Below are positions 49,299 through 59,926 of a DNA stretch of 64,000 nt, piece by piece. Below the pieces are notes generated by a model. It had not been told where the DNA came from. It worked only from the letters and a program-made list of their open reading frames with translations, and did not search any database. Each line of letters begins with the position of its first letter. Within the stretch, counting starts at the first letter, position 1. Source of the DNA: Planctomycetota bacterium (GTDB lineage: Bacteria; Planctomycetota; JAJSAM01; JAJVHW01); contig CBDFJG010000002.1 in assembly GCA_965248445.1 (NCBI GenBank), forward strand, positions 672,001-736,000, read 5' to 3'. The translations under genes and the position numbers were made by a program.

Positions 49299-50954
49299 AT
49301 GAAGGTCGTCAAGTCGCTCACAGGATTCGTCCTGTCAACCGGGCTCGTGCTGCTGCTGTCTGCGCCGGGCCTCTCGCATGGTGAAGAAGAGCACCGGTGC
49401 ATCGAGGACGCCTCGCTGCATCGACCGGAGGTCGGGGCGCCGCTGCCAGAAGCGGAGGGTGGCGTCGTCGTCAGCATCTCGGAGACCTGCGAGTTCGTGA
49501 AGGTGATCGTTCACGAGGTCAGCAATGAGGTCGCGCTGAACGTGACGCTTCAGCGCGAGGATCAGGTGTTCGAGATGGGCGCCGTGCCCGGGTCCGAGGA
49601 AGGCCCGCGCGTGCTGGTGCGCTACAGCTGCGAAGGCGACACGCTGCCAGGCGAGGTCGAGTCCGTCGAGGCGTTCTTCGGTTTCGCGGTCCTCGTCAAG
49701 AATGCGGAGGGCCAGGTCGTCCTGCGCGGCGAGGTGCCGACCCTCGAGTGCGAAGAAGAAGAAGAGGGCGATGGCGAGGGTGACGGCGAAGGCGACGGCG
49801 AGGATGAAGGTGACGGCGAGCACGAGGAGCCCGAGACCGAGATGGGCCACTTCGAACTCGAGCGCCCCGAAGGCGGACTCGAGCCGGAGGCCAACGGCGG
49901 CATCGCGATCTGGAAGCGCGGCGACCGCGAGAAGTTCGTGCTCGAACTCTGCGGCTTCGAACCGGAGTCCCGCGTCCTGATCTACATCAGCGACGGTGAA
50001 GAGGAGTTCGCCCTGGTAGACGACCTCGGCATCGACGGCGAAGGATGTGCACGCTTCTTCCGCGACACCGGCGAAGAGCAAGAGCTCCCGCTCGGACTGT
50101 CGCTCGAGCAGTTGGAAGAGCGCCGCCTGCAGATCCGTGACGGCGAGGGCAACGTGCTGCTGGTCGGCCGAGTGCCGGAACTCGAGGACGAGAAGCACGA
50201 GGAGACCGAGAAGTCCCGCGGGCCGCTCACGCGTCCGGAGAACGCTCCGAACCGCGAGGCCGAAGGCGCCGTCGGCGTTTGGCGCCGCGGCGAGCGCGAA
50301 AAGTTCGACGTCGAGGTGGGCGGTTTCGCCCCCGAGACGGGACTGCTTCTCTTCATCGCGAACGCCGAGAGCGAGTTCGTCTTGGTGGACGACCTGCGCA
50401 CCGGCGAGCGCGGCGGCGCTGAGATCTTCCGCATGAACTTCGAGGGCGGCGAGTTGCCGCTCGGCGTGGACTCGCTCGATGAACTGGCCGGCCGCGACAT
50501 CCAGATCCGCAATCTGGATGAGCAGGTCGTGCTGGTCGGCGAGGTCCCCGCGTTCCGCGCGGATGACGACGGTGATGTGCGCGAGCGTGAGACCCACCGC
50601 GACGAGGTCACCGGCGCCAAGATCGGAGTGCGGGTGCTCATCAAGGTCTCCAAGGGCCGCGAGAAGCTCTCGTTCGAGATGAAGCACCTGCCCAAGGGCT
50701 TCTCGATCAACAAGCGCCGCCGCGGCGGCAGCAGGGAACAGGTCAGCCTGTTTATCGCGGACGAGCTGGGCACGATGACGGAGGTCGGCAGCACGAGAGT
50801 CCGCCGCCGCCGCACGGCGAAGCTCCGCTGGAACAGCAGGAAGGGCCACACGCTGCCCCTCGGCGTGACATCGATCCGCGACCTCTCGGGTCGCGCATAC
50901 GAAGTGAGAATCGGCGACACCGCCGTTGCCGAGGGGTTCATCCCATTCTTCTAG
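49299..50954 (+). CDS. secreted acidic protein with four tandem ~120-aa repeats
   Basis: GGAGG RBS, signal peptide, repeated LPLG..S...L.GR...IR...G.V.L.G.VP; EGDG linker. Confidence 0.8.
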   Translation: MKVVKSLTGFVLSTGLVLLLSAPGLSHGEEEHRCIEDASLHRPEVGAPLPEAEGGVVVSISETCEFVKVIVHEVSNEVALNVTLQREDQVFEMGAVPGSEEGPRVLVRYSCEGDTLPGEVESVEAFFGFAVLVKNAEGQVVLRGEVPTLECEEEEEGDGEGDGEGDGEDEGDGEHEEPETEMGHFELERPEGGLEPEANGGIAIWKRGDREKFVLELCGFEPESRVLIYISDGEEEFALVDDLGIDGEGCARFFRDTGEEQELPLGLSLEQLEERRLQIRDGEGNVLLVGRVPELEDEKHEETEKSRGPLTRPENAPNREAEGAVGVWRRGEREKFDVEVGGFAPETGLLLFIANAESEFVLVDDLRTGERGGAEIFRMNFEGGELPLGVDSLDELAGRDIQIRNLDEQVVLVGEVPAFRADDDGDVRERETHRDEVTGAKIGVRVLIKVSKGREKLSFEMKHLPKGFSINKRRRGGSREQVSLFIADELGTMTEVGSTRVRRRRTAKLRWNSRKGHTLPLGVTSIRDLSGRAYEVRIGDTAVAEGFIPFF

Positions 50955-51196
50955 GCCGCTGTCACGACACGCAACCCGGGCAGGGCGTCAACGGACGCCC
51001 GGCCCGCTCCCATTCCGCGCAGCACGCCCCGGAGACCGGGCCGCGCTGCCGGTGCGCGCGTTGTGCTAGGCTGAGATGCGGGAGGCAACACGCGCGCTCC
51101 ACCGGCGAAGCTGCGCCGGGTTCGGGGAGGCGTGCGGCGTGTTGCGGAAGTGTGCGTCCGCGTTCCGTTGAACAGCGCGGACGGTAGGAGGAAGCG

Positions 51197-53545
51197 ATGC
51201 GCCGAATCTTGATCGCCGGTGTGCTGGGTCTGTCCGCTCTGCTCGGTCTCGAACGCGACGCGTTCGCGTGAGGACCGGTCCCCGCACCACCGTGCTCAGT
51301 GGTGATCTGGTGGACGCCTGTCCTCGCGAAGTCCTTCGTCAACAAGAAGAGCGGCGACCTCACGCTGAAGATCGACTACGCGTCGTTCATCGGGTGGAAC
51401 GAGGTGTGCCCCCTCCCGGACTTCGCAGCGATCCGGGTCAACGTGACGGCGACCCCGGTCGGAGGCGGGACGCCGTTCGTAGTCGGGGAGCAGACGTTCT
51501 CACCCACACCGCCGTCGACGCCGGGTCGCCAGCCCGACGCATCGGTCGACTACGTGATCGCCGCAGGAACGCTCTCGTTCGGGGTGGACTACGTGATCGA
51601 GATCATCGGTACGTGCGAGGTGCGGTTCCCAGGCACCGGCCCGGGGACCGGCCTGTACGCCGACACGGCGACGGTCGAGAGCTGCATCGTGCAGCCGACG
51701 CCGCTGGACGAGAACACGCCCCGCCTGGGCATCTGCTGCCTCACGAAGGAAGACGGGCTGGTGTCGATCGCGGAGCGCGGTGACCAGCGCGCGACGTACT
51801 ACCTCATCAGCAACAACGATCCGAAGCACGCGGTCACCATCGATCTCGGGAGCAGCGGTTTCCAGGTAGCGAATCTGCCGGACGGCTTCTCGGTCGCGGA
51901 CGTCCAGGCCGCGTACGACGCGGGTGCGGCGTCGATCTCGAGTCCGGTCGAGGGCGCCGACACCTTCGTCGGCTTCTTCGAGGGAGACGTCCCGGCAAAC
52001 GGCATCGTGCCGAACCCGGCGGATCCAGGGGCCGTCGATCCGCTCACGATCACGCAGGAGGGCCTCGTCCTCGCACCGTTCGAGTGCCGCATGATCTGCA
52101 TCGTCACCCGCAGCAACGGCATGTGCGCCGACGGCTCGTGCTCTCGACGCAACCTCAAGGTCACCGGTGAGTTCGCAGACGGCTCGTCGGCTCTCGCGTG
52201 CGCGATCTCGGCGCACGCCGTCGAGGCCGGCGCGCCGCGACAGGCGCCGCGCTGCCTCTACACAGACACGATCAAGGTCGGTCCGGACGATCAGGTGCTG
52301 TTCTCCCGGGGTCACTTCGGCAACCGGTCGGGGCCGATCCCGTTCGCCGAGACTCACTTCGGCGGGAACGTCACGCCGGCGTTCCAGCCGTTCCCCGGTG
52401 AAAGCTCCACCGAGCTGCGAGGCGCCAACTTCCCCTCGCCGGAGCCGTTCCCTGATCAGGCGTCGGACACGATCGCCGAGGAGCCGTTCCTGGTGGACTC
52501 GTTCTTCGACATCTCGTACGAGATCGAATTCTTCGGTGGCGGCCTCGTCGGCCCGCCGACGCGAAATCGCACGACGGTCTTTGGGATCGGTCAGCTCCAG
52601 CAGGGCGTGCCGGTCGACGTCCCGGTGGTGCTTGTTCAACCCGCGGTGCCTGTGGGGCCGCAGTTCATCGTCGACTCGTTCTTCGACGTCGGGACGGGCA
52701 ACGTCCTGATCCTCGATGCCAGCACCCCCGAGCCGCAGCAGGTCTACAACGGTCCAATCAGCGAGCTCCAGCAGTTCGCAAACGAGTCTTCGCTGGTCAA
52801 CATCCCGCCCGGCACGTGCCGGACGATCTCGAAGTCCGGCAACACGGCTCAGAAGTACAGCGTGCTCGCGCCACACAACCGCACGTTCGTCCTGGGCAAG
52901 AAGGACCGACCGAGCTTCTTCGACGGAGGCATCCCGGTCGTGAATGGGCAGGACACCCAGCCATCGCCGTGGGACGCCGTTCGTGAGGGGATCGGTGTGC
53001 AGCCGCGGTCCCCGAGCGGCACGGACACAGTTCCGATCGAACTCGTCGCACTCGATCTGCAGAGCGTCGATCCGATCGACGTGGACATCTTCGGCAAGAA
53101 GAACAGGGTGCGGGACTTCCACTCGTGGGTCTGCGTCTCGTGTCCCGGCGGCCTCAACATCGCCGACTCGCCGTTCCTCGTACGCGTCGTGAACCTGCCC
53201 GGTAAGCCGGGCATCAAGAAGGACTTCAAGAAGGCGAAGTCGTTCAAGAAGGTCCCGGTCGGCAACACGACGACCGGCATGATCACACTCCGGAACAAGG
53301 GCAAGGGACCGGTGTCGTTCCGACCGCCGGCCACCCTTCCGGCGCCGTTCAGCTGGGTCAGCGACGTCTCGGGGTTCCACACCGTCTACCCCAAGGGCCA
53401 GCTCCAGCTCGAGATCGCCTACACGCCCGTTGGCGAAGACGGAAAAACCAAGGGCAAGGACAAGGTCACCGCCGAGGTGCTGCGGAGCGACAAGGAGAAG
53501 CCTCTCAAGCTGAAGCTGAAGGGCGACTGGATCGACGCTCCCTAG
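51197..53545 (+). CDS. putative secreted Cys-rich selenoprotein (UGA at codon 25), 782 aa, C-terminal Ig-like domain
   Basis: AGGAGG RBS, ATG 51197 and a 24-aa signal peptide in frame with ORF 51299..53545 across TGA 51269-71. Confidence 0.65.
51272..51315 (+). promoter_or_regulatory. bacterial SECIS-like hairpin
   Basis: CACCAC-CGTGCTCA-GTGGTG (51285-51304); lower stem GTCC/GGAC. Confidence 0.45.
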
Positions 53546-53561
53546 ACGATCGAAGCAACGC

Positions 53562-53591
53562 GACGGCCGCGCGCTCCGGTGCGCGGCCGTC
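53562..53591. terminator. hairpin between convergent genes
   Basis: GACGGCCGCGC-N8-GCGCGGCCGTC, an 11-bp perfect stem. Confidence 0.6.
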
Positions 53592-53613
53592 TCGATTCCC
53601 TCAAGCGCCGAGA

Positions 53614-54816
53614 TCAGGCGCCGAACACGCTCTCGGGTGTCTCGGCGAATCCGTCGAGCAGCGCTGCCATGACGTGTTCGGTGACCTCGTCGACCGCCGT
53701 CTCGAGGTCGTCGTTCACGACGACCGGCACGTCGAGCCGGTCGGCTTCCGACATGAGGAACGTCTGCACGCCCCAGATCTCGTCGAAGTGGTCGAGGTAG
53801 CGCTTTGCGCGGCGATCGGGCGTCTCCTTGCCGCGGCCCTTGATGCGGCGGCGCAGTTCCTTCGGGCTGAGCACACCGAGCAACGCGCGGACGACAATCG
53901 GATCGTCCGCACCGCCGGTCTGCAAGTCCGCGAGCAACTCGCTCTGCAACGCCGGGTGTAGGTGCACACCCTCGAGGATCACACTGACCCGTTCCCGTGC
54001 CGCACGCCCGACAATCGCCTCGGCAGCGACGGAGATCAGTCGGGACTGAGTCAGGTACCCCTCGATCAACAACTCGGAACCGGACTGTGCACCGGGTTGT
54101 GGCAACGCGGTGTGCGCCTCGAACGAGGACACGTGCAACGCGGGCGCGAGCCGGTCGGGGACGATCGTCCGCATCACCTCCCGCAGCATGTCCGTGGACT
54201 GTGTGCGGACGACGTCCATGCGGTGCGCAATTCGTGTGGCGACCGTGCTCTTGCCCGTGCCCGTCGAGCCGCCGATCACGAGAACGAGCGGGCGGTCACC
54301 GTGCCGGAACGCCTCCCACGCGAGGTAGCGCCGTGCGGCGGCGGCACCGAGCCGTTCCTCGAGGAGACCGTGTGTGCGGCTCTTGATGTGCGCGAGGTCG
54401 ACTTCGTTCACGCCCTCGCGGACCAGGCGATCCCGAAGCTCGGTGGCCAGGTCCTCGGACTGCTCGGCACCGATTCCGCACGCGATCAGGCTCTCCCGGT
54501 GGCGTCCGCGTGAGTAACGCTGCGTCGATGCGTCGGACAGCCGGATCTCGAGGCTCCGGATGGGCTGGGCCTTCCGGTAGCTCTCGACGACGTCCGATGC
54601 GACGTCCTGAGCCTCCTCTAGGCGCCCGGCCACCAGCTCCCTGAGGGCGCCCGAATCGATCTCCGTGCGATCCGTCAGCTCCTCGCGCACCTCCGACGCG
54701 ACGCGGTACGCCACCTCGAAGGGCAGCCCGGCCGCCTGTAGAGAGCGGGTCAGGATGCCACGCAGAAACGGCACGCGCGCACCGGTCCCCAGGTCGATGA
54801 CGGCGGCTCTAGCCAC
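53614..54816 (-). CDS. 2-phosphoglycerate-kinase-like P-loop kinase with two ATP-cone-like domains
   Basis: PFLRGILTRSL, YSRGRHRESL; GGSTGTGKST, STDMLREVMR, LHVSSF, ILEGVH. Confidence 0.8.
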   Translation of the reverse strand: MARAAVIDLGTGARVPFLRGILTRSLQAAGLPFEVAYRVASEVREELTDRTEIDSGALRELVAGRLEEAQDVASDVVESYRKAQPIRSLEIRLSDASTQRYSRGRHRESLIACGIGAEQSEDLATELRDRLVREGVNEVDLAHIKSRTHGLLEERLGAAAARRYLAWEAFRHGDRPLVLVIGGSTGTGKSTVATRIAHRMDVVRTQSTDMLREVMRTIVPDRLAPALHVSSFEAHTALPQPGAQSGSELLIEGYLTQSRLISVAAEAIVGRAARERVSVILEGVHLHPALQSELLADLQTGGADDPIVVRALLGVLSPKELRRRIKGRGKETPDRRAKRYLDHFDEIWGVQTFLMSEADRLDVPVVVNDDLETAVDEVTEHVMAALLDGFAETPESVFGA

Positions 54817-54966
54817 CGCACCCCCTCAACTCGCTGCGCGGTCCCCGCGTCCTCGCCATCCGGAGACTATAGTGGCCGCCGCCCCGAGTGCGGCGGTGGC
54901 GCGCGACCCGGCGACGGGCGGGTCGAATTTCGGTCATGCCCGAGCTACGCGGCCTAGATTCCCGCC

Positions 54967-56169
54967 ATGGGACCAGAAGGGGCCTCAGGACGCGGCGAGC
55001 GAAACCTCCACCCGCTCGTGCGTTTCGTCATTTTCCTGTGCCTTCTGTTCCTGTTCCTCGTCTCGATCAAGTTGCTCGGCGGCACGATCAAGGCGCTTGG
55101 CGCGGAGACGGCTTCAGGTCTCTTCGACGGCGTGAGCAGTCCCTTTGCCGCACTCGCGGTGGGCATCCTCGCGACGGTGCTCGTGCAGTCATCCTCCGTG
55201 ACGACGGCGACCATCGTCACGGCCGTCGGGTCCGGCGAGCTCTCCGTGGCTACCGCCGTTCCCATGATCATGGGCGCGAACATCGGCACGTCGGTCACGA
55301 ACACGATCGTCGCCCTCGGGCATGTCAGGCAATCACGCGAGTTCGAGCTCGCGTTCGCCGGCGCCACCATGCACGACTTCTTCAACCTGATCGCGGTCAC
55401 GATCTTCCTGCCCATCGAGATCTTCACGTCCGGCGGGTTCTCACTTCACGACGGTGGGATTCTGACCGAGGCGGCCGTGCACCTCGCCCAGGTGCTCGAT
55501 CCGGACATCAATCTCGTCGGGCCCGTGGTGGCCGAGGTGGCGTCGAGCGGCTGGAAGAGCCCCATCCAGGTGTCGGTGAAGTGGCTCACGAAGCTCGTGC
55601 AGGGCATTCTGGCAACCGATCCGAAGAGCCCGACGCACTTCGAGATCGGCATGTTGTTCGTGGTCGCTCTCGGCGGCATCATCGCGACGCTGACCTACAT
55701 CACGCGCAACATGAAGAAGCTCATCGCCGACCGCGCCGAGCGGGCGCTCAACGCGGCCCTCGAGAAGAGCGGCCTGATCGGCATCGTCGTCGGCATCGGC
55801 ATGACCGTGGCGGTGCAGAGCTCGAGCATCACGACATCGCTGCTGATACCCATGATCGCCGCAGGCGTACTGTCGCTGCGCAATGCGTTCCCGATCACGC
55901 TGGGGGCGAACATCGGGACGACGGTGACCGCCCTGATCACCGCGATCGTGGCCGGTTCGTGGGGTCTCGTCATCGCGCTGGTGCACCTGATATTCAATCT
56001 GGCGGCCACATCGCTGGTCTATCCGGTGCCGGCGGTCCGGTTCCTGCCGGTCCGCATGGCAGAGTGGCTCGCGCGGCTGACGCTGAAGAACCGGCTGTAC
56101 GCTGCGCTCTACATCGTGATCACCTTCGTCGTCATCCCGATCTGCGGGATGCTGATCTTCAAGGACTGA
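54967..56169 (+). CDS. Na+/Pi cotransporter (NptA/SLC34 family)
   Basis: Two VQSSS motifs and two GANIGT motifs. Confidence 0.92.
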   Translation: MGPEGASGRGERNLHPLVRFVIFLCLLFLFLVSIKLLGGTIKALGAETASGLFDGVSSPFAALAVGILATVLVQSSSVTTATIVTAVGSGELSVATAVPMIMGANIGTSVTNTIVALGHVRQSREFELAFAGATMHDFFNLIAVTIFLPIEIFTSGGFSLHDGGILTEAAVHLAQVLDPDINLVGPVVAEVASSGWKSPIQVSVKWLTKLVQGILATDPKSPTHFEIGMLFVVALGGIIATLTYITRNMKKLIADRAERALNAALEKSGLIGIVVGIGMTVAVQSSSITTSLLIPMIAAGVLSLRNAFPITLGANIGTTVTALITAIVAGSWGLVIALVHLIFNLAATSLVYPVPAVRFLPVRMAEWLARLTLKNRLYAALYIVITFVVIPICGMLIFKD

Positions 56170-56172
56170 ACC

Positions 56173-56853
56173 ATGTTCGAGTGGCTGAAACGGATGACAG
56201 GCCGCGGGCCCTCCGGCCTGCAGAAGATGGCGCACGATCTGGAACGCATGATCCAGGAGGGCCGGCACGAGTTCGACGCCGCGTGCAGCGTTCTGCTCGG
56301 CGGAGCCGATCCGTCCACGGTCCGCGACGACCTGCTCACGACGGACAAGCGCATCGACGCGCTCGAACAGTCGATCCGCCGGCAGATCGTCGTGCACGGC
56401 TCGGTGACGGGTTCCGCCAACCTGCCGGAACTGCTGATCCTCATGTCGGTCGCGAAAGACGCCGAACGTGTCGGCGACTACGCGAAGAGTCTGTTCGCGC
56501 TCGCGGCGCACCGCACGTTTCCTCGTGGAGCGGAGCACCACGAGGACTTGCAGGCGCTGCGGCTCGCGGCATCGGCGCTACTGGCCGAGGCACCGCAACT
56601 CTGGGAGACGCAGGACCGCGAGGCCGCGGTCGCGTTCATCGCGCGCGCGCAGGTGTGTGTGGACACGTGCCAGGAACGGATGATCTCCGTCTTCAAGACG
56701 GAGAGCTGCTCCGGCGCCGACGCGGCGGCCGTCATGGCGTACCGGTACCTGCGCCGCGTGGCGGGCCACATCCAGAACGTCGTCTCCGGCATCGTCAATC
56801 CGGTCGATCGGCTGGACTTCACTGACGAGCCGGCCGTTCCGGACCCGGAGTGA
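56173..56853 (+). CDS. PhoU-domain protein
   Basis: DKRIDALE..IRR, KDAERVGDYAK, RYLRRVAGHIQN. Confidence 0.85.
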   Translation: MFEWLKRMTGRGPSGLQKMAHDLERMIQEGRHEFDAACSVLLGGADPSTVRDDLLTTDKRIDALEQSIRRQIVVHGSVTGSANLPELLILMSVAKDAERVGDYAKSLFALAAHRTFPRGAEHHEDLQALRLAASALLAEAPQLWETQDREAAVAFIARAQVCVDTCQERMISVFKTESCSGADAAAVMAYRYLRRVAGHIQNVVSGIVNPVDRLDFTDEPAVPDPE

Positions 56854-56915
56854 ACGCCGCACCCCAACCCGGTGGCTTGGCGGAACCCACACGACCCGCT
56901 TGCGTCCAAGTCGGT

Positions 56916-58277
56916 ATGCGACTCCCCCGCCCCGTTCTTGGCGCTCTGGCTCTGCTCGCGGTTGTCGCCGCCGGCGCCCTGGCGGATAGCTGGAGGCCGT
57001 TCGGGCGCCAGCGCACATCGGACGCCAATGGCGAGTACTACGTCGTCATCGACGGCAGCTACTCGGACGGGTCGTTCGTCTACGCGCGCCGGGCCGAGGG
57101 TGCCACCCGCGTCGAGGCGGAACGGGATCGCAACAACAGCGACGCACACAAGGCCGGGCGACTGCGGCCGGGCGACGCCGTGCTCGCCCGAGGGCAGCTG
57201 CGGCAGTTGCCGTTGCACGTACACGTCTCGAGCCGCGGGAACGGCTTCGTGTGCATCGAGAAGTACGGAAACGTCGGCTACGGGAAGTCGGTGGTCATCG
57301 TGTCGCCGAAGGGCGAGATCCACCACGAGCTCAAGCTGTCGGATCTCTTCGACACGGCGACGATCGAGACCTTCCAGGCGAGCGTGTCCAGTATCTGGTG
57401 GCACGACGCGTCCTGGATCGACGAGGAATCCGAAGCGGTCGTGCTGAGCAGCGGCAAGCTACTGCGCGTCGTCTCCATGAAGAACGGTTCCGTGCGCAAC
57501 GGAACACATGACGATGTGCGGAAGGCGATCGATCACGACGACCCGGCGGTTGTGAACTCGGCGATCGACATCGCCGCGAAACTCGGCGTGAAGGGGCTGG
57601 ACAGCGTGTACGGCGCTCTGGTCCTCGACGCATCGCGTCCGCTCGGTGCCCGCCTGCGCGCAGGCGCAACGTTCGGTACGCCGAGCGACGTCGTAAAGGA
57701 CCTGTTCCGTGACGCGGCCGAACGCCCGCTGCGCAACGGCGTCACGAAAGAAGACCGCGCCTTCGCGCTGGAGCGGCTGGGCGACGTGCTCGGCGAGGAT
57801 GCGCTGCCCATCCTCCGGGACGCGATGCGCGGCGAAGCGGGCGACGGATGGCACAACGCGCAGACCGGTCTGGCACGCATGGGCACCGCCGCTGTTCCGA
57901 CGCTGATCGCAATTCTCGGCGACGAGGGCACGTCCGACTACCGAGGCGGCGCCGCCCACGTCCTTCGGAAGATGGCCCCCGGCGTCGCCCGCCCGGCCCT
58001 CGATGCGTTGCTCGACACGATCTCGGACCCCGCGAAGTACGTCGCCAACGCTGCGGCGAACGCTGCGATCTCGATCGACAACGAGGGGATCGCCGGCCGC
58101 CTGGCCGAGATCCTCGCAAAGGGCTCGACGCAGGACGGGCGCATCGCGAACTACTTCGAAGGCGTGCGGCACGAACACGCGATCCCTGCGCTCGAGAAAG
58201 CACTCCCCCGCCACAACAAGGACTCGTACGTCGCCGGGCGGATCCACGAGGCGCTCGCATTCCAGCGCGGGCGCTGA
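56916..58277 (+). CDS. secreted protein with C-terminal HEAT repeats
   Basis: Signal peptide; AVPTLIAIL, ALDALL, AIPALEKAL repeats. Confidence 0.75.
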   Translation: MRLPRPVLGALALLAVVAAGALADSWRPFGRQRTSDANGEYYVVIDGSYSDGSFVYARRAEGATRVEAERDRNNSDAHKAGRLRPGDAVLARGQLRQLPLHVHVSSRGNGFVCIEKYGNVGYGKSVVIVSPKGEIHHELKLSDLFDTATIETFQASVSSIWWHDASWIDEESEAVVLSSGKLLRVVSMKNGSVRNGTHDDVRKAIDHDDPAVVNSAIDIAAKLGVKGLDSVYGALVLDASRPLGARLRAGATFGTPSDVVKDLFRDAAERPLRNGVTKEDRAFALERLGDVLGEDALPILRDAMRGEAGDGWHNAQTGLARMGTAAVPTLIAILGDEGTSDYRGGAAHVLRKMAPGVARPALDALLDTISDPAKYVANAAANAAISIDNEGIAGRLAEILAKGSTQDGRIANYFEGVRHEHAIPALEKALPRHNKDSYVAGRIHEALAFQRGR

Positions 58278-58280
58278 CGG

Positions 58281-58871
58281 TCAACCCTCAACCCCGAGCG
58301 TGGCGCGCAGCACCTTGCGCGCGCGAAACAGCCTTGTCTTGACGCACGACTGACTGACGCCGAGCCGGTCCGCGATCTCCGCACAGGAGAGGCCGTGTTC
58401 GTAACGGTGGCGCAGCGTCTCGCGAACAGCGGACGGCATCTCGTCGAGCGCCGCGGAGAAGAGAGCCGCCGAGCGCGGACACGGTGGCTGCGATCCGGAC
58501 CGGCGGATGACGCGCGGCATGCCCGGCGCCCCGTCCATCGACTCGTCGTGCGCGCGCAGCGACGGGCGCTCCCGCGCCGCCCTACGCAATGAGTCGATGG
58601 CGGCGTTCCTCGCGATCCGGAGCATCCCGCCGTCGAACGCACCGACGTCGGCGAGCCTCGGGAGCGCGCGGAACACGGCGAGGAACGTCTCCTGCGCCGC
58701 ATCCTCGGCGCCCTGGGAGTCGCGGACGACGCGTCGGACGGCGCTGCGCACGCGCGGCTGGGTCAACCCGTACAAGGCGGTGAACGCACCGGGCGCGCCA
58801 GCCCGTGCCGCCGCCACGACCGTTGGATCCGTGCGAGTCGCCCGCGATGAACCGTTCAAGCGCTCCGTCAT
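58281..58871 (-). CDS. ECF RNA polymerase sigma factor
   Basis: AEDAAQETFL, IARNAAIDSLR, GLSCAEIADRLGVSQSCVKTRLFRAR. Confidence 0.88.
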   Translation of the reverse strand: MTERLNGSSRATRTDPTVVAAARAGAPGAFTALYGLTQPRVRSAVRRVVRDSQGAEDAAQETFLAVFRALPRLADVGAFDGGMLRIARNAAIDSLRRAARERPSLRAHDESMDGAPGMPRVIRRSGSQPPCPRSAALFSAALDEMPSAVRETLRHRYEHGLSCAEIADRLGVSQSCVKTRLFRARKVLRATLGVEG

Positions 58872-59023
58872 GCCCGTTGCCCTCCGTCGAGTGACGCGGA
58901 GGGAAGAGCTGCCGGGAACCGCCCGATCCGCACTCATCAGGACGGCGGAACGCACGGCGATGATCGCGCCGGTTCTCGCTAGACGCGGACCGCGCGATTC
59001 GCGCCTCGCGTCGGGAGCGTGTG

Positions 59024-59926
59024 CTAGAGCAGGTCGAGGCCGACGAGGACCTCGCGGAGCCGCGCTTCGGTCTCCGGCAGCGCGGGCAGGAGCGGGCGCC
59101 GCACGAGTCCGGTGCCGCGCCCCATCAGACGCCGGGCGCACTTGACGGGCACGGGGTTCGGCTCGTCGAACAGTGCGCGGAACAGCGGGAGAAGCCGGTG
59201 GTGCGCGGCCGTCGCCCGTTCGAGATCACCGGCCAACGCGGCACGGACCATTCCGCCGACAGCATCCGGCGCGACGTTGGCTGCGACCGAGATCACGCCA
59301 CGCGCTCCGACGGAGATCATGGGCAGAGTCAGCGCGTCGTCGCCCGACAGAACCTCGATGTCGCAGAGCCCACGAATAGACCCGACGCGATCGGCGGAAC
59401 CGGACGCCGCCTTGATGGCGCGAATGACGGGATACGCCTCGCGCAGCCGGGCAACCGTCTCTGGCAGCAGGTCGATGCCGGTGCGGCTCGGGACGTTGTA
59501 GAGGACGATCGGAACGGTGGTCGCTTCGGCGAGTTGCGCGAAGTGGCCGAACAGCATGCGCTGGCTCGGGCGGTTGTAGTAGGGGCAGACGAGCAGGACG
59601 CCGGCCGCACCCGCCTCTGCCGCCGCGCGGGTCAGGCGCACGGCTTCGCGCGTGGAGTTCGAGCCCGCGCCGGCGACGACCGGCACGCGTCCGGCCGCGC
59701 GGGCGACGACGCGCGCCACCACAGAATCGTGCTCGGCGTGGGAGAGCGTCGGCGACTCCCCGGTCGTGCCGCAGGGGACCAGCACGTCCACGCCGCCGTC
59801 GATCTGCTCGTCTACGAGGCGGTCGAGCGCGTCGAGGTCGACGTCGGAGTGACCCTCCCCGCCCCCCGACATCGGCGTCACGAGCGCGGTCCAGAGTCCG
59901 CTCATCGAGAGGCGGCCGTCACTCAC
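59024..59926 (-). CDS. dapA: 4-hydroxy-tetrahydrodipicolinate synthase
   Basis: [43 protein letters not shown]. Confidence 0.93.
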   Translation of the reverse strand: MSDGRLSMSGLWTALVTPMSGGGEGHSDVDLDALDRLVDEQIDGGVDVLVPCGTTGESPTLSHAEHDSVVARVVARAAGRVPVVAGAGSNSTREAVRLTRAAAEAGAAGVLLVCPYYNRPSQRMLFGHFAQLAEATTVPIVLYNVPSRTGIDLLPETVARLREAYPVIRAIKAASGSADRVGSIRGLCDIEVLSGDDALTLPMISVGARGVISVAANVAPDAVGGMVRAALAGDLERATAAHHRLLPLFRALFDEPNPVPVKCARRLMGRGTGLVRRPLLPALPETEARLREVLVGLDLL

